A stretch of 64,000 nt of DNA from an uncultured virus (IMG/VR IMGVR_UViG_2734482785_000008) (lineage: Duplodnaviria > Heunggongvirae > Uroviricota > Caudoviricetes), in the IMG/VR virus record IMGVR_UViG_2734482785_000008, positions 1 to 64,000 of that record. The stretch is one strand, 5' to 3'. Made by a program: the position numbers and the translations under genes. Below the pieces are notes generated by a model that worked only from the letters and a program-made list of their open reading frames with translations, was not told where the DNA came from and did no database searches. Position 1 is the first letter of the stretch, and the number at the start of each line of letters is the position of its first letter. Positions 24,218-35,314 of this stretch are shown here, piece by piece.

Positions 24218-24778
24218 TTAGTGCATGATGTTTGCCATTTCATAGGCGTCAGCCAGCAACTCCATCTCTGACTTGTTCAACAAGGTGAATTCTTTCTTGC
24301 CTCCTACCACGCCATCGGCATGAACAGGGACCAGCCAGGGGTATTTTTCTCTTACTTCAGCCGGTGCTGCATGCTGGTGGTGCCATCTGCAAAGGGGCAA
24401 TTGCTTTTTGTGACAACCCGGCGCGGTACGACCGGAGATATGGTGCAGAGACACCTCTTCAGATATTACTCCATGCATGTAGCAGGCAATGCAGGGGAGA
24501 GTGCCAAGAGCATTGGCGATAGTCTGTTCCTCCTCCGTCGGTGTTCGCCCCTTCAAGCCACGAGATTTTATTTTTACCGCACTTTTCCGCGTTTTGCTGG
24601 CTGGTGGGCGCTCTTTCTGTTTAGCGATACGGCGGTCGATAGAATCCCGCATTTTCTGATATTGCGATTCTCGCCAGGCGGGGTCAGCCAACTTTTCCCG
24701 TTGCCGAGCGATCGCTCGTTCTCTGGCTGCCTTCTGCCACTCGCGGCGCTGTTCAAGTTTTTGTTCGATTGTTTTCAT
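24218..24778 (-). CDS. ref: RecA-dependent HNH nuclease Ref
   Basis: 186 aa, MKTIEQK start, CIAC...HH...CRWHH zinc/HNH motifs. Confidence 0.95.
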   Translation of the reverse strand: MKTIEQKLEQRREWQKAARERAIARQREKLADPAWRESQYQKMRDSIDRRIAKQKERPPASKTRKSAVKIKSRGLKGRTPTEEEQTIANALGTLPCIACYMHGVISEEVSLHHISGRTAPGCHKKQLPLCRWHHQHAAPAEVREKYPWLVPVHADGVVGGKKEFTLLNKSEMELLADAYEMANIMH

Positions 24779-24780
24779 AT

Positions 24781-24809
24781 GGCAAAAAAAAGGCGGCCTA
24801 ATGGCCGCC
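24781..24809 (-). terminator. Attenuator-type terminator just upstream of ref
   Basis: GGCGGCCA-TTA-GGCCGCC followed by a long T-run on minus strand. Confidence 0.75.
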
Positions 24810-24876
24810 AATGATGTCAAGGAGTGAAGTAATGGCAACGTCTTCGTAGTTGACAAAAACTGCGGCCAAATTATAG

Positions 24877-24893
24877 CAATCAATTAGAGCAAT
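24877..24893 (-). promoter_or_regulatory. C1 operator upstream of ref
   Basis: ATTGCTCTAATTGATTG. Confidence 0.75.
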
Positions 24894-25025
24894 GGTATAT
24901 ATTTTGTTTCTCGCGAATCACATTTTTTCACTTCAGTACCTGTGTGCTATACTCCTTCTTGATTGATTGGATGCGGAATACAAACCCGCTCTTTTGTGCA
25001 GCCTGGCTCCTTGCCAGGCTTTTTT

Positions 25026-25337
25026 TTATTTCATCATGGAAGCGGTTAACGCTTTGGACCTTGCTGAACTGATTGAAAGGGCATTGTTTACCTTACCCAG
25101 GAGTTCGCCAAATTCCCCCATCACTCTAGTAAGCCCGCGCCGCGCTTCCTCCTCCGTTGCATTCATCACAAAATGTTCAGCACTCCGCATGCTTTTAACG
25201 GGGAACGCAACAGATATCGAGTCGATATCAGGCATCCTATCGCTCAACTTTACGGTGACAATGACAGATGGCGACAGAATATTAGTGCTTACAGACAGCA
25301 CTACATATTTTCCGTCGATGTTGAAATCCTTTCTCAT
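25026..25337 (-). CDS. c8: C8 protein
   Basis: Between cre and ref, preceded by C1 operator at 25354-25370. Confidence 0.75.
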   Translation of the reverse strand: MRKDFNIDGKYVVLSVSTNILSPSVIVTVKLSDRMPDIDSISVAFPVKSMRSAEHFVMNATEEEARRGLTRVMGEFGELLGKVNNALSISSARSKALTASMMK

Positions 25338-25387
25338 ATGCCACCATAAATATCAAAGAATTAGAGCAATCATTTACGCGTTAATGG

Positions 25388-26419
25388 CTAATTGCCATCT
25401 TCCAGCAGGCGCACCATTGCCCCTGTTTCACTATCCAGGTTACGGATATAGTTCATGACAATATTTACATTGGTCCAGCCACCAGCTTGCATGATCTCCG
25501 GTATTGAAACTCCAGCGCGGGCCATATCTCGCGCTGCTCCGACACGGGCACTGTGTCCAGACCAGGCCAGGTATCTCTGACCAGAGTCATCCTTAGCGCC
25601 GTAAATCAATCGATGAGTTGCTTCAAAAATCCCTTCCAGGGCGCGAGTTGATAGCTGGCTGGTGGCAGATGGCGCGGCAACACCATTTTTTCTGACCCGG
25701 CAAAACAGGTAGTTATTCGGATCATCAGCTACACCAGAGACAGAAATCCATCGCTCGACCAGTTTAGTTACCCCCAGGCTAAGTGCCTTCTCTACACCTG
25801 CGGTGCTAACCAGCGTTTTCGTTCTGCCAATATGGATTAACATTCTCCCACCGTCAGTACGTGAGATATCTTTAACCCTGATCCTGGCAATTTCTGCTAT
25901 ACGTAGCAGGGTATTATAAGCAATCCCAAGAAATGCCAGATTACGTATATCCTGGCAGCGATCGCTATTTTCCATGAGTGAACGAACCTGGTCGAAATCA
26001 GTGCGTTCGAACGCCAATGCCTGTTTTGCACGTTCACCGGCATCAACGTTTTCTTTTCGAATCCGCCGCATGACCAGTGAAACAGCATTGCTGTCACTTG
26101 GTCGTGGCAGCCCGGACCGACGATGAAGCATGTTTAGCTGGCCCAAATGTTGCTGGATAGTTTTTACTGCCAGACCGCGCGCCTGAAGATATAGAAGATA
26201 ATCGCGAACATCTTCAGGTTCTGCGGGAAACCATTTCCGGTTATTCAACTTGCACCATGCCGCCCACGACCGGCAAACGGACAGAAGCATTTTCCAGGTA
26301 TGCTCAGAAAACGCCTGGCGATCCCTGAACATGTCCATCAGGTTCTTGCGAACCTCATCACTCGTTGCATCGACCGGTAATGCAGGCAAATTTTGGTGTA
26401 CGGTCAGTAAATTGGACAT
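25388..26419 (-). CDS. cre: Cre recombinase
   Basis: 343 aa, recognisable Cre sequence (MSNLLTVHQNLPALPVDATSDEV..., HSARVGAARDM, catalytic Tyr); ends EDGN. Confidence 0.99.
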   Translation of the reverse strand: MSNLLTVHQNLPALPVDATSDEVRKNLMDMFRDRQAFSEHTWKMLLSVCRSWAAWCKLNNRKWFPAEPEDVRDYLLYLQARGLAVKTIQQHLGQLNMLHRRSGLPRPSDSNAVSLVMRRIRKENVDAGERAKQALAFERTDFDQVRSLMENSDRCQDIRNLAFLGIAYNTLLRIAEIARIRVKDISRTDGGRMLIHIGRTKTLVSTAGVEKALSLGVTKLVERWISVSGVADDPNNYLFCRVRKNGVAAPSATSQLSTRALEGIFEATHRLIYGAKDDSGQRYLAWSGHSARVGAARDMARAGVSIPEIMQAGGWTNVNIVMNYIRNLDSETGAMVRLLEDGN

Positions 26420-26426
26420 TTAACAC

Positions 26427-26648
26427 TCAGATAATGGTTTTAAGTAAAGTGTACAGGATCGGCTCTGCCTTTACCTGTTTATGGTTCTCGTCATAGAAAC
26501 GCCAGCGACCGCGCGTGCGTTCTATTTTCTCTTCACCGCGCGATAATGACAGTTGGCAACTATCACGATCAAACCCTTTTGCCCGCCAGTAACCACGGTT
26601 TTTCTCAAGCTCAAGATGAGTGGACACTTTAGCAGCTGAATATCCCAT
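26427..26648 (-). CDS. cra: Cre-associated protein Cra
   Basis: 73 aa ORF with GAGG RBS directly upstream of cre. Confidence 0.8.
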   Translation of the reverse strand: MGYSAAKVSTHLELEKNRGYWRAKGFDRDSCQLSLSRGEEKIERTRGRWRFYDENHKQVKAEPILYTLLKTII

Positions 26649-26791
26649 TTTTCACCTCTGATTGATTGGTGGTGCTAAGTGCGCTACGCGAAATCTGGAG
26701 CACTAACACTGCCAACATTTCGCAGATTTTACGTAGCGCAACCTTGATCAAATGATCAAGTGATCACTATTTGACCTGATAAGGTATTGAA

Positions 26792-26807
26792 CTGTATGGA
26801 TTTACAG
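26792..26807. promoter_or_regulatory. LexA box-like site between loxP and cra
   Basis: CTGTATGGATTTACAG fits CTG-N10-CAG. Confidence 0.6.
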
Positions 26808-26837
26808 GTAAATTGATCATGTTCAATAACCCTTAAG

Positions 26838-26871
26838 ATAACTTCGTATAATGTATGCTATACGAAGTTAT
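26838..26871. other. loxP: loxP site
   Basis: ATAACTTCGTATA-ATGTATGC-TATACGAAGTTAT, exact. Confidence 0.99.
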
Positions 26872-26914
26872 TAGGTCTGAAGAGGAGTTTACGTCCAGCT
26901 GCGCATAAAAATCA

Positions 26915-27014
26915 AGAATTATTAGAGCAATAAATTTTGAGAGAAAAATCCCACTCCACCAGCCAAAAACTGGATTGTTTTTCATAGTTGTTTGACAATT
27001 GCTCTAATAAATTA
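26915..27014. promoter_or_regulatory. immC C1 operators (26915-26931 minus; 26998-27014 plus) with TTGACA...TATAGT promoter for coi
   Basis: Two ATTGCTCTAATAA matches; -35 TTGACA abuts the second. Confidence 0.85.
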
Positions 27015-27252
27015 TAGTTTTGCCGCCGTTTCGTAATACAACTTTGGATTCACTATTTAATGTGTCTTCAGCGTTGTAGAGCGGCTCAGAAGGAAATGAG
27101 CAAACAGGGAAACCTTATACAACGGCATTACAGCTATGCATTGCTCATCTTACACACAGCGCAATGTTGTAGGATTACCCCAGCATGGATCATGGGTGAA
27201 ACAGTAGGTCAGAGCTTCAGGCTCTGTGTTGTCAATACAGTGAGGCATAATT

Positions 27253-27462
27253 ATGGCTTTCATTCCACCAACCATCGACGACGTTAGACATTGCTCTAAC
27301 GCTTTATCTGTAGACCCCGCCGAAACCGACGCTGCCCGCGCCATTGCTGAACACTACTCAAAGATATCCAATCAGGAGTACCGCATCACCCAAGACGACC
27401 TGGATGATCTCACTGACACAATCGAATATCTCATGGCCACTAACCAGCCAGACTCACAATAA
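27253..27462 (+). CDS. coi: C1 inactivator Coi
   Basis: 69 aa acidic protein MAFIPPTIDDVRH upstream of c1. Confidence 0.92.
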   Translation: MAFIPPTIDDVRHCSNALSVDPAETDAARAIAEHYSKISNQEYRITQDDLDDLTDTIEYLMATNQPDSQ

Positions 27463-27478
27463 ATGCACTAATAAATCT
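27462..27478 (+). promoter_or_regulatory. C1 autoregulatory operator
   Basis: AATGCACTAATAAATCT followed by TATAAT at about 27500. Confidence 0.7.
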
Positions 27479-27572
27479 ATTATTTTCGTTAGATCCTTCT
27501 ATAATGGTGGCCAACAACTCCCAGTGTAATCCGCTGTGAGTTGTTGGCCATGTCAATTCTGGAGGAGGATCA

Positions 27573-28424
27573 ATGATAAATTATGTCTACGGCGAACAAC
27601 TGTACCAGGAGTTCGTCAGCTTCAGGGATCTCTTTCTAAAAAAAGCTGTTGCACGCGCCCAACACGTTGATGCCGCCAGCGACGGTCGTCCTGTTCGCCC
27701 GGTTGTCGTTCTGCCGTTCAAAGAAACGGACAGCATTCAGGCTGAAATTGATAAATGGACTTTAATGGCGCGGGAACTGGAACAGTACCCAGACCTCAAT
27801 ATCCCAAAGACTATTTTATATCCAGTGCCTAACATCCTTCGCGGTGTGCGTAAGGTTACAACTTATCAGACAGAAGCTGTGAACAGCGTCAACATGACCG
27901 CTGGCCGCATTATTCATCTGATTGATAAGGACATTCGCATCCAGAAAAGCGCGGGGATCAATGAGCACAGTGCGAAATACATAGAGAACCTGGAAGCAAC
28001 AAAAGAGCTAATGAAGCAGTACCCGGAGGATGAAAAATTCCGTATGCGTGTACACGGCTTTAGCGAAACAATGTTGCGCGTCCATTACATTTCCAGTAGC
28101 CCTAACTACAATGATGGTAAATCAGTTAGTTACCATGTGCCGCTGTGTGGTGTGTTTATCTGCGATGAAACTCTCCGTGATGGAATCATCATCAACGGTG
28201 AATTCGAGAAAGCAAAATTTAGCCTTTATGACTCTATAGAACCGATCATCTGCGACCGCTGGCCGCAGGCAAAAATATATCGCCTGGCAGATATTGAAAA
28301 TGTAAAAAAACAAATTGCCATCACTCGCGAAGAGAAAAAGGTCAAATCAGCCGCATCAGTTACGCGCAGCCGTAAAACTAAGAAGGGGCAGCCAGTAAAC
28401 AGCAACCCCGAAAGCGCGCAATAG
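27573..28424 (+). CDS. c1: Primary repressor C1
   Basis: 283 aa MINYVYGEQLYQEF, strong GGAGG RBS. Confidence 0.96.
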   Translation: MINYVYGEQLYQEFVSFRDLFLKKAVARAQHVDAASDGRPVRPVVVLPFKETDSIQAEIDKWTLMARELEQYPDLNIPKTILYPVPNILRGVRKVTTYQTEAVNSVNMTAGRIIHLIDKDIRIQKSAGINEHSAKYIENLEATKELMKQYPEDEKFRMRVHGFSETMLRVHYISSSPNYNDGKSVSYHVPLCGVFICDETLRDGIIINGEFEKAKFSLYDSIEPIICDRWPQAKIYRLADIENVKKQIAITREEKKVKSAASVTRSRKTKKGQPVNSNPESAQ

Positions 28425-28449
28425 TTTTCCATCCGGCATGGTCAAATTG

Positions 28450-29934
28450 TTATTCATTAAGCCATGCCAGAGCTTCATCAACCTGCGCTTCGTCTTCGAC
28501 GCTAAGCACTTCATCTTGGGGAACATAGTTCGCCAACATAGCGAAACAATATGTATCCCAATGGTCCGGTGAGTGCAGGTTGAGTTTTTTCTTCATATCT
28601 TCCTTTGACATCACCTTCCATTGACCTGCGGAATTTATCCCTACCGGTATCTTTGATGCTTCCTCTATAGTCGCAGCCCCCTTATCAAGCCGCATACGCC
28701 CTGATTTTACAGCTTCTGCCGCCTGAATATTCGCGAAAGCGCGCATATCGAAATAAAGGCTTTTATCTTCACGGCTGTGCATCTTTTTACCCCAGCGGAT
28801 ACGCTGGACGGTAATGCCATAGCGTTCGTACATTAGATCAGCCGTCGATTTCCCCAAGCCATCGCCATCAATAGCTATGGTTATGTTCGGGAACCGTTCT
28901 GGGTTACATTCTGCGAAAATCTTGGCGGCTAACTGCGTTTCTGTAACGTCTGTGTATTCCAGCATACGATAGTTGATTACACGGCGTTTATTTCGCTGGC
29001 CGGACACCATCATGATATTAATAACGGACTTATCTCGTCCTGTGCCACCAGCAACGTCAACACATGCAACCCAGCCCCATCCTTTGGCAATCTTGACCTT
29101 TCGCCGCGTCGCCCGCTCAACCTCATCACGACCAAGAAGAAAGCCATCTTGAGATTTGGGAAATTCACCACGTACTTTGATCATGTACATGGGGTTATCA
29201 CGACCGCCATACTCCGCAAGTTTTGCTCGTATAAATTTTGCATCTACAAGCGGAGATTCTTCACTATTCAGTATTATCGCAGTAAACAATCCATCAGGAT
29301 TTCCCGGGCGAATAGCTAGTCTGTGGTGTGAATCGTAGAAATAGCCTGAAGGTCGCGTAGGCTGGGAAAGAAGCAGAATACGGTTATCCTTACCGGTCAG
29401 CGCACCTGTTATCACACTGAATGCTTTATCACTCACACCCGACGCTTCGTCGATGATATACAAGAGATGATCGGCGTGTTCACCAGCCAACGCCTCCTCA
29501 TTTCCGGGGCGACAGGACTTTATCAATATTGTCCAAACACCCTTGCCAGTCACCTCAAAAAAAGACGTTTCTGTAAGAATGAAATACTTCGACAACCACG
29601 GGAATCTGCTAACAGCAGTAGCCCAATTGCTCTTTATGTATTTGAAAATACCATCAAGGACTTGCTGTCTTTTGTTAGCGACCAGAATGACGCGAGCGCC
29701 GGGGAAAAACATGATGAAGAGTATTGCAATGATACTCGTCATATCCGATTTACCAGTACCATGGCCGGAGGTCACACTTGTCCAACTGCCGTCCTGCTGC
29801 GTGGACTCAATGATCTCATCCTGCTGCCAGGTTGGTGTCTTCCCAAACAACACATCAGCGGCCGCAATCCAGTCATAACGATATAGCGCCACAAGCTCGC
29901 GCCAACGTGGGTCCGTTACGCAACTTCTGGCCAT
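28450..29934 (-). CDS. pacB: Terminase (pacase) large subunit PacB
   Basis: SGHGTGKS Walker A, IIDEA Walker B, C-terminal nuclease DVA...PDHWD. Confidence 0.96.
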
Positions 29935-31127
29935 TAATCATCATCCCCGTACAGTTTGCGGGTAACTTCTTCGTCTTCCTCCTCGTCTTCGTCCAGATCC
30001 TGTTCAAGCCATGCTTCGTTTGATATGCCTTCCGCATCGACATCACCATAACCACCTGTATCGACGATATCGGCAATTTCTTCTCTACGATGCTCAATCC
30101 ACAATGCCGCATCAGCGCGGCGGCTGGCGGCCCGTTCTCGCGCGATTTTATCCAGATCTTCAAGTGATGGAGCGCCAGATGCTGTTTGGTTTTCCTCATC
30201 ATCGGTATTGGTCTTAGGAGCACGCAGATCGGCTTTGATTTGCTCCAGCATCAGGGGCGGCACTTTTCCTCCATGCGCCTCGATGAATTCAGCCGCTTCC
30301 AGCACTGACCAGTTATTTTCACGCTTTCGTTCGTATGCCAGCTTAACAATGCCAGCTTGCCCCATAGACAAAGCGTGCTTTTCCGCCTCCCGGCTTTCTT
30401 TTCGATAGTTATTCCGGATGCTGTAAATGGTGTTGATCAGACTGCTTATCTGCGCGGAACAGCTGTTTAGCATGCTCGCGATACGGTATTCAGGCGGAGT
30501 ACCTTCATCATCGTCTTTTTGCTGATCGCGCATTTCCTGCACCAGGCGAATACACGTATCCCTGGCGTTCTCCAGCATAAGGAGATGAGAAAGAGACTTT
30601 TCAAGAAGAGTGGTTTCCAGAACATCGGCCCCGGACCGACGCAACATAGCGCGCGCGGCCTTCCGCGCTTCAACGTTATCTATCAGGTAATCGCCAGCTT
30701 CGAATTCAAAGCGTTCACCATCATCATCCAGGGTGTCGCGTTCCAGGCGATCACGTAAGGTCCGGTGGGCGCGGTTGATCACGTCATGATCATCCGAACG
30801 ATCATTTATGCGCTTATTTTGGCGCTTCGCATTCTCGACTGCGGCACTGACAACGGCATTAACTCTCTGTTTTTCCGCTATTTCAGCCGCAATATGATCA
30901 CCTGCATGTTGATCATTAGAGTGATCAATGATCATGCTTTTTAGTGGCTTCCTGACTGGCTTATTTGGCTTGCGGCTGTCCGCAGTCCTGGTGTCTTCTT
31001 TGAAGGCACGGAGATAACGACGTGCGGTATTAGGGTTAAGATTAAACTCGGCGGCATACTGTGCGATGGTGTAACCACCATCTCGCGCCAGGCGAGCAAA
31101 ATTCTTCTTGTGATCGTCCCAGGTCAC
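29934..31127 (-). CDS. pacA: Pacase small subunit PacA
   Basis: 397 aa, N-terminal HTH, contains the pac site. Confidence 0.94.
30775..30936 (-). other. pac packaging site
   Basis: Four plus three TGATC(A/G) hexamers (Dam sites) flanking an approximately 90 bp spacer inside pacA. Confidence 0.92.
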
Positions 31128-31212
31128 TTATGCTTCCTTTCGTAAAAACTCTTTTTGACGCGAGGGTAACGAAAGTCACATGTCAAAAGGCCCGGAACGG
31201 GCAAGTAATCAA

Positions 31213-31665
31213 TCAGATACGTGCGGATGTGGCATTACCGTAATGACGGTGCTGACGGGCCACCTTATTGAAAAGTTGACGCGCCATTACCCAAGGCTGG
31301 TGCTCCCGGCGTTCCTTTTCGTCCTGCGTCATATAGAGTTCATTCTGGAGTTTTTCATCAAACCGGCGCGGAGCGCGGCTACGGCGAAAGAATTCAGGAT
31401 TCAGAGAGTGGATCTGAAATCTACGTGGGCGTGTACTGTCATCAATCAAAACAGACGAATACTTAGACACAGCGATAGCCTTTAAGCGCAGATAAACATC
31501 GCGCTTATCGACATCCAGATGCGGGTATTCCTTTTCAAGAATTGCTGCGAGTTCTTTCGCTGATAGAAGAGATTTAGTGCGGATCATGTAATCCGCAATC
31601 TCGTACGATGTTATTCGTGAGTGATTTATTTCCATGAAGTGGCGTCCCTGCCAGTTAAGTAACAT
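31213..31665 (-). CDS. lpa: Late promoter activator Lpa (gp10)
   Basis: 150 aa upstream of pacA, C1 operator at 31736-31752. Confidence 0.88.
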   Translation of the reverse strand: MLLNWQGRHFMEINHSRITSYEIADYMIRTKSLLSAKELAAILEKEYPHLDVDKRDVYLRLKAIAVSKYSSVLIDDSTRPRRFQIHSLNPEFFRRSRAPRRFDEKLQNELYMTQDEKERREHQPWVMARQLFNKVARQHRHYGNATSARI

Positions 31666-31753
31666 CCTGTCACCTACTGATTAGCCCATGTCAACTAATC
31701 AACGTGGAATATAATACCCTCGACTAAAGAAATAGCAATACATTAGAGCAATT

Positions 31754-32797
31754 TTATCTAACACTCGACGAATGACTTGTGATAACGCCAACTCCAAGCG
31801 CGTAATCAAAGAACAATCGTTGATGCATCGCCAACCTACCGTGCGTCTTCTCCCAATTATCGCGGTCACGCTCAATATCACGCTGGCATGACTGGCACAG
31901 AGGAATTGCGTAAATGTCATGCGCGCATAATCGACTATGACGAACGATATAAGGCGTAATGTGAGCGCCAGCTCCCGCAGCTCCACACCCACAGCATGGA
32001 CGGGAAGCAACAAAGTCCATGTACTCAGGTAATTTTAGCGATTGCAGTTTTGGTATTTTGAAATGCGCCATGCCAGGGTCGGAGTCAACATCCACAGGGC
32101 ATACTTTTGCACGCATCGGCGCGGCGCGTTCTTCCATCATCTGAACATATGCTGTAGCGCGATCGTCATACGGGCGAATATCCGCCTCTTTCAGAGGTCC
32201 GCTATCCTGCGGAGTAGCCTTCATCTTATTTATTGATATGCGGCAGACTTCTTCCGGCATCAGGTGCATCATGTTGCGCATGAAAGCCCACCAGCACAGC
32301 TCCTGAATACTTAAATCATGGCTATTTGAAAGGCCCATTTCCTGACGGGCGACATCCAGTATCCAGTTAACGCGATTATTGTGCAGCGTTTCTTTCAGCT
32401 CATTAAAACCACGCATCCGATAATGGTTATCGTGATGCCAGCACAACAACACCGCGCTATTGTCTCGTTCAGCGTGGACAATATGGTTGTCACACCAACT
32501 ACGATCTGCGGCCTGGCATTGACCCTCTTTCCTACGCAACCACGCCACCAGCGCGTCAATTCCACCAATACGGCGAAACAGTTCATCGCTGTTAAAAAAC
32601 GGCTGCAACGCCTCATTTGTTGCCATGGTTTGCTCGGTAACAACGAGGCCGTCTTCCATGTGCTCGATTAACTCACGCGGCACCGGCTCCATAATAAATT
32701 TACGGCCAGCCTCCACCAGCTTTCTGACCTCCTGATCCACTTTGAATGTGGCGACGCCAAGCTCTTTCTGTACAAAGGGAGTAATTACGGCTTTCAC
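31754..32797 (-). CDS. pdcB: PdcB, DUF968-like protein with C-terminal zinc/HNH-like motif
   Basis: LCWHHDN and CCGCG...PLCQSC motifs; synteny. Confidence 0.8.
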   Translation of the reverse strand: MKAVITPFVQKELGVATFKVDQEVRKLVEAGRKFIMEPVPRELIEHMEDGLVVTEQTMATNEALQPFFNSDELFRRIGGIDALVAWLRRKEGQCQAADRSWCDNHIVHAERDNSAVLLCWHHDNHYRMRGFNELKETLHNNRVNWILDVARQEMGLSNSHDLSIQELCWWAFMRNMMHLMPEEVCRISINKMKATPQDSGPLKEADIRPYDDRATAYVQMMEERAAPMRAKVCPVDVDSDPGMAHFKIPKLQSLKLPEYMDFVASRPCCGCGAAGAGAHITPYIVRHSRLCAHDIYAIPLCQSCQRDIERDRDNWEKTHGRLAMHQRLFFDYALGVGVITSHSSSVR

Positions 32798-32824
32798 ATC
32801 ACACCTTTCATCACTGATTGGGCT

Positions 32825-33004
32825 TTATCTGCTGCCCGGCATTCTCTGTTTAAGCGCAACCATTTCCTGACGGCATAACACAGCAATAGCGGTCCTGACT
32901 CCAATTTGCTTACCAACCAGGTATTGCTTTACCTTGCGGCGACTCACGCCATCAAGAAGCATCTTTAACGCTTCACGGGACAATTTGTTGTATTTGCGTG
33001 CCAT
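32825..33004 (-). CDS. pdcA: PdcA
   Basis: Small basic ORF after doc. Confidence 0.7.
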   Translation of the reverse strand: MARKYNKLSREALKMLLDGVSRRKVKQYLVGKQIGVRTAIAVLCRQEMVALKQRMPGSR

Positions 33005-33008
33005 TAAT

Positions 33009-33389
33009 CTACTCCGCAGAACCATACAATCTACGTAACGTGTCGGCGACAGAAGATACAGATATCTCGCCAGTCGCAGCGCCTACAGTAAGGTCTGCCA
33101 GTTCAGGTGAATCAAATACCTGCACCCCGTTACGGCGTAGAAATAACAGCGCACTGTTTAGCGCGGTACGCTTATTGGCATCATTGAATATATGCCCTCT
33201 CGCTGTAGCCACCAGGTAGGTGGCGGAGACTTCGAAAAGGTCGGTGATCTCTTCGTAGGCAACTCTGGCCTGAACTCTCCCGATAATGGCCTCTGCCCTA
33301 CCCGGATCTGACATTCCCGGCAGGCCGCCGTAGCGGTTTATATTCGCATCATGAAGCGCAATAAGTTCTTCCGGTGATATATGCCTCAT
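33009..33389 (-). CDS. doc: Doc toxin (Fic-family EF-Tu kinase)
   Basis: [11 protein letters not shown] motif, 126 aa. Confidence 0.98.
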   Translation of the reverse strand: MRHISPEELIALHDANINRYGGLPGMSDPGRAEAIIGRVQARVAYEEITDLFEVSATYLVATARGHIFNDANKRTALNSALLFLRRNGVQVFDSPELADLTVGAATGEISVSSVADTLRRLYGSAE

Positions 33390-33610
33390 TATCGGTTAAC
33401 CAGTTCCTTGTTGGTGGAGTCCAGGGTGTCAAACAGGGATGCAAATTCAGCATCCAGCGCCGCTTTTTTGTAGGCTTCGAAAGTAGCCTTGCTGACAATT
33501 ACTGCTGGCTCACGGCCTCTGCGGGTGATTTCAACCTCTTCCCCGGCTTCAACATTGTTGAGCACTTCAGAAAGGTTGCCGCGCGCGGTACGGAAGTTAA
33601 TGGATTGCAT
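33389..33610 (-). CDS. phd: Phd antitoxin
   Basis: [17 protein letters not shown], 73 aa. Confidence 0.98.
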   Translation of the reverse strand: MQSINFRTARGNLSEVLNNVEAGEEVEITRRGREPAVIVSKATFEAYKKAALDAEFASLFDTLDSTNKELVNR

Positions 33611-33619
33611 AAACACCTC

Positions 33620-33640
33620 GTGTACTCGTTATGTGTACAC
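33620..33640. promoter_or_regulatory. Phd operator palindromes
   Basis: GTGTACTC and GTGTACAC 8-mers upstream of phd. Confidence 0.85.
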
Positions 33641-33682
33641 AATTATAAACTTCACAGGCATAAAGCACCAGCACTTTGCAGC

Positions 33683-34072
33683 TTAAATGACCGGACAATC
33701 ATCAAACTCCCCACTCCGGGCATCATTGATGACATGAGTGATCACACCAAAAACAGCATTACTACCCGTGTAACCATCGTCATCTACTGGTAACGCCTCT
33801 TTCTTCCCGGTGCTTAAATCCTCCAGGTGCTGGCGCGGATACTTTCGGTATCTCTTTATGCGATATTCACCCTCCATAGCGCACACAAGCAGAGAACCAT
33901 CAACCGGAGTAAGCGAGGAATCAACCACCAGCAAAGCACCCTGCAATATTCCCTCACGGTGATGGCTATCAGCTGCCCGCATGAAGTAGGTTGCTGATGG
34001 ATGCCTGATTAGTTGCTGATCAAGAGAAATTCGGCTTTCAACATAATCCGCCGCAGGAGAAGGGAAGCCCAT
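33683..34072 (-). CDS. humD: HumD (UmuD'-like)
   Basis: MGFPSPAADYVE start corresponds to pre-cleaved UmuD'. Confidence 0.94.
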   Translation of the reverse strand: MGFPSPAADYVESRISLDQQLIRHPSATYFMRAADSHHREGILQGALLVVDSSLTPVDGSLLVCAMEGEYRIKRYRKYPRQHLEDLSTGKKEALPVDDDGYTGSNAVFGVITHVINDARSGEFDDCPVI

Positions 34073-34091
34073 AGCGTTTTTACCTCAATAA

Positions 34092-34111
34092 TACTGTTCA
34101 TTTATACAGTA
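34092..34111. promoter_or_regulatory. LexA box
   Basis: TACTGTTCATTTATACAGTA between humD and the divergent gene. Confidence 0.9.
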
Positions 34112-34246
34112 TACATTAAAGAGACACCTTTGGTGCAAACGCGTTACGTACATCAACCACCGCTGATGATTTTGTGCTCTTTGCTACTATTCATCACCGC
34201 GGGATCAGCGTAACCTCGTTGCCAATCAGTTAATAAGGAATTAGCT

Positions 34247-34831
34247 ATGCCTAATCGCATTCCTCTCGATCCTGTATTGCCCAAAAATTTTGACTGCACT
34301 CCTAACGAGAAACGCTCTAAAGCTCAGCTGGACGCCTGGTGGGACCATCCATATGGGGTTACACAACCTGACGGGAAAATTGTAGTTTATTGTCTGAATG
34401 GTGGGGCGTGGGACCGTCCATCCGTGCTTTGTTTGGCAGATAACTATGATGAAGCCTGTGAACTTGCCGAAAGACAGCAGGCAAGCTGGGTAAAAACACG
34501 GTCTGAACCGACATTCATGTTTTCAAAAGAACCGCCATTTATACTGGCGAGGATGCCGCAGCGACCGGATCATCAACAAGAAATTGTTGCTGAATTTTCC
34601 TCAAGGGATGAGATGAATCTCTTCTCATTAAAGCAGGAAGAAAGGGATCGCGTCGAAGTGTCTCCAACTCTCGACCACAACCGGATGAACCTAGCCCAGC
34701 TCGCCTGGTACAGCAAAGAATTAGAGATGTCTATTGCCCGGCTTGAAAACGAAAAAGCCGCTATCCAAGTCCAGCACGAAGTAGTTCTGAACCGGATTAG
34801 AGAAATGCAAAACGATAACAGGGGATTTTGA
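34247..34831 (+). CDS. lxr: Probable Lxr (LexA-regulated protein)
   Basis: Divergent from humD across the LexA box; named by synteny only. Confidence 0.6.
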   Translation: MPNRIPLDPVLPKNFDCTPNEKRSKAQLDAWWDHPYGVTQPDGKIVVYCLNGGAWDRPSVLCLADNYDEACELAERQQASWVKTRSEPTFMFSKEPPFILARMPQRPDHQQEIVAEFSSRDEMNLFSLKQEERDRVEVSPTLDHNRMNLAQLAWYSKELEMSIARLENEKAAIQVQHEVVLNRIREMQNDNRGF

Positions 34832-35188
34832 ATGGCTAAAATCGAGTACCATCGCGATCGCGGTAATTACCTGGAAATATACGATCATGAATCTCTTAAC
34901 GATATCAACGATGCGTTATATGAATACTGTGAAAAAACGAGCATCACAGATGCACCTGATGCATTTGTCGAGATGCCGGTATATCTCCGCGACATCTATG
35001 CAATACGAACACCGCCCGTATCGGTGATTCACATTGGCTATGTCCGCCTGTCCATCGAAGAAGATGAAGATCGTTATATCGTGCGCCACTATACATTGGA
35101 CAGAAAAGAACTTCCTAATGAATGGAACATGAGTAATTTCTACAACGGTGAATATGGCTTAAAATCCGCTAATAATTTACGGTCATAA
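34832..35188 (+). CDS. Hypothetical protein (118 aa)
   Basis: Clean ORF abutting the previous stop; family not recognised. Confidence 0.75.
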   Translation: MAKIEYHRDRGNYLEIYDHESLNDINDALYEYCEKTSITDAPDAFVEMPVYLRDIYAIRTPPVSVIHIGYVRLSIEEDEDRYIVRHYTLDRKELPNEWNMSNFYNGEYGLKSANNLRS

Positions 35189-35314
35189 TCTATACAGGCA
35201 TGTATAACAACAACGAGCCTATTAGCTGTCAACAACGTTATTTCCTCAAATAAGAAAAAGCAGAAAAAAAATTGTTTAAGGTCACAAATTGTGGCCTTGA
35301 TGGAGGAGGGAGGC

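Noticed and set aside
27060..27287. ORF between loxP and coi (possible imc gene)
   Set aside because: Cannot support translation or a name from the sequence alone
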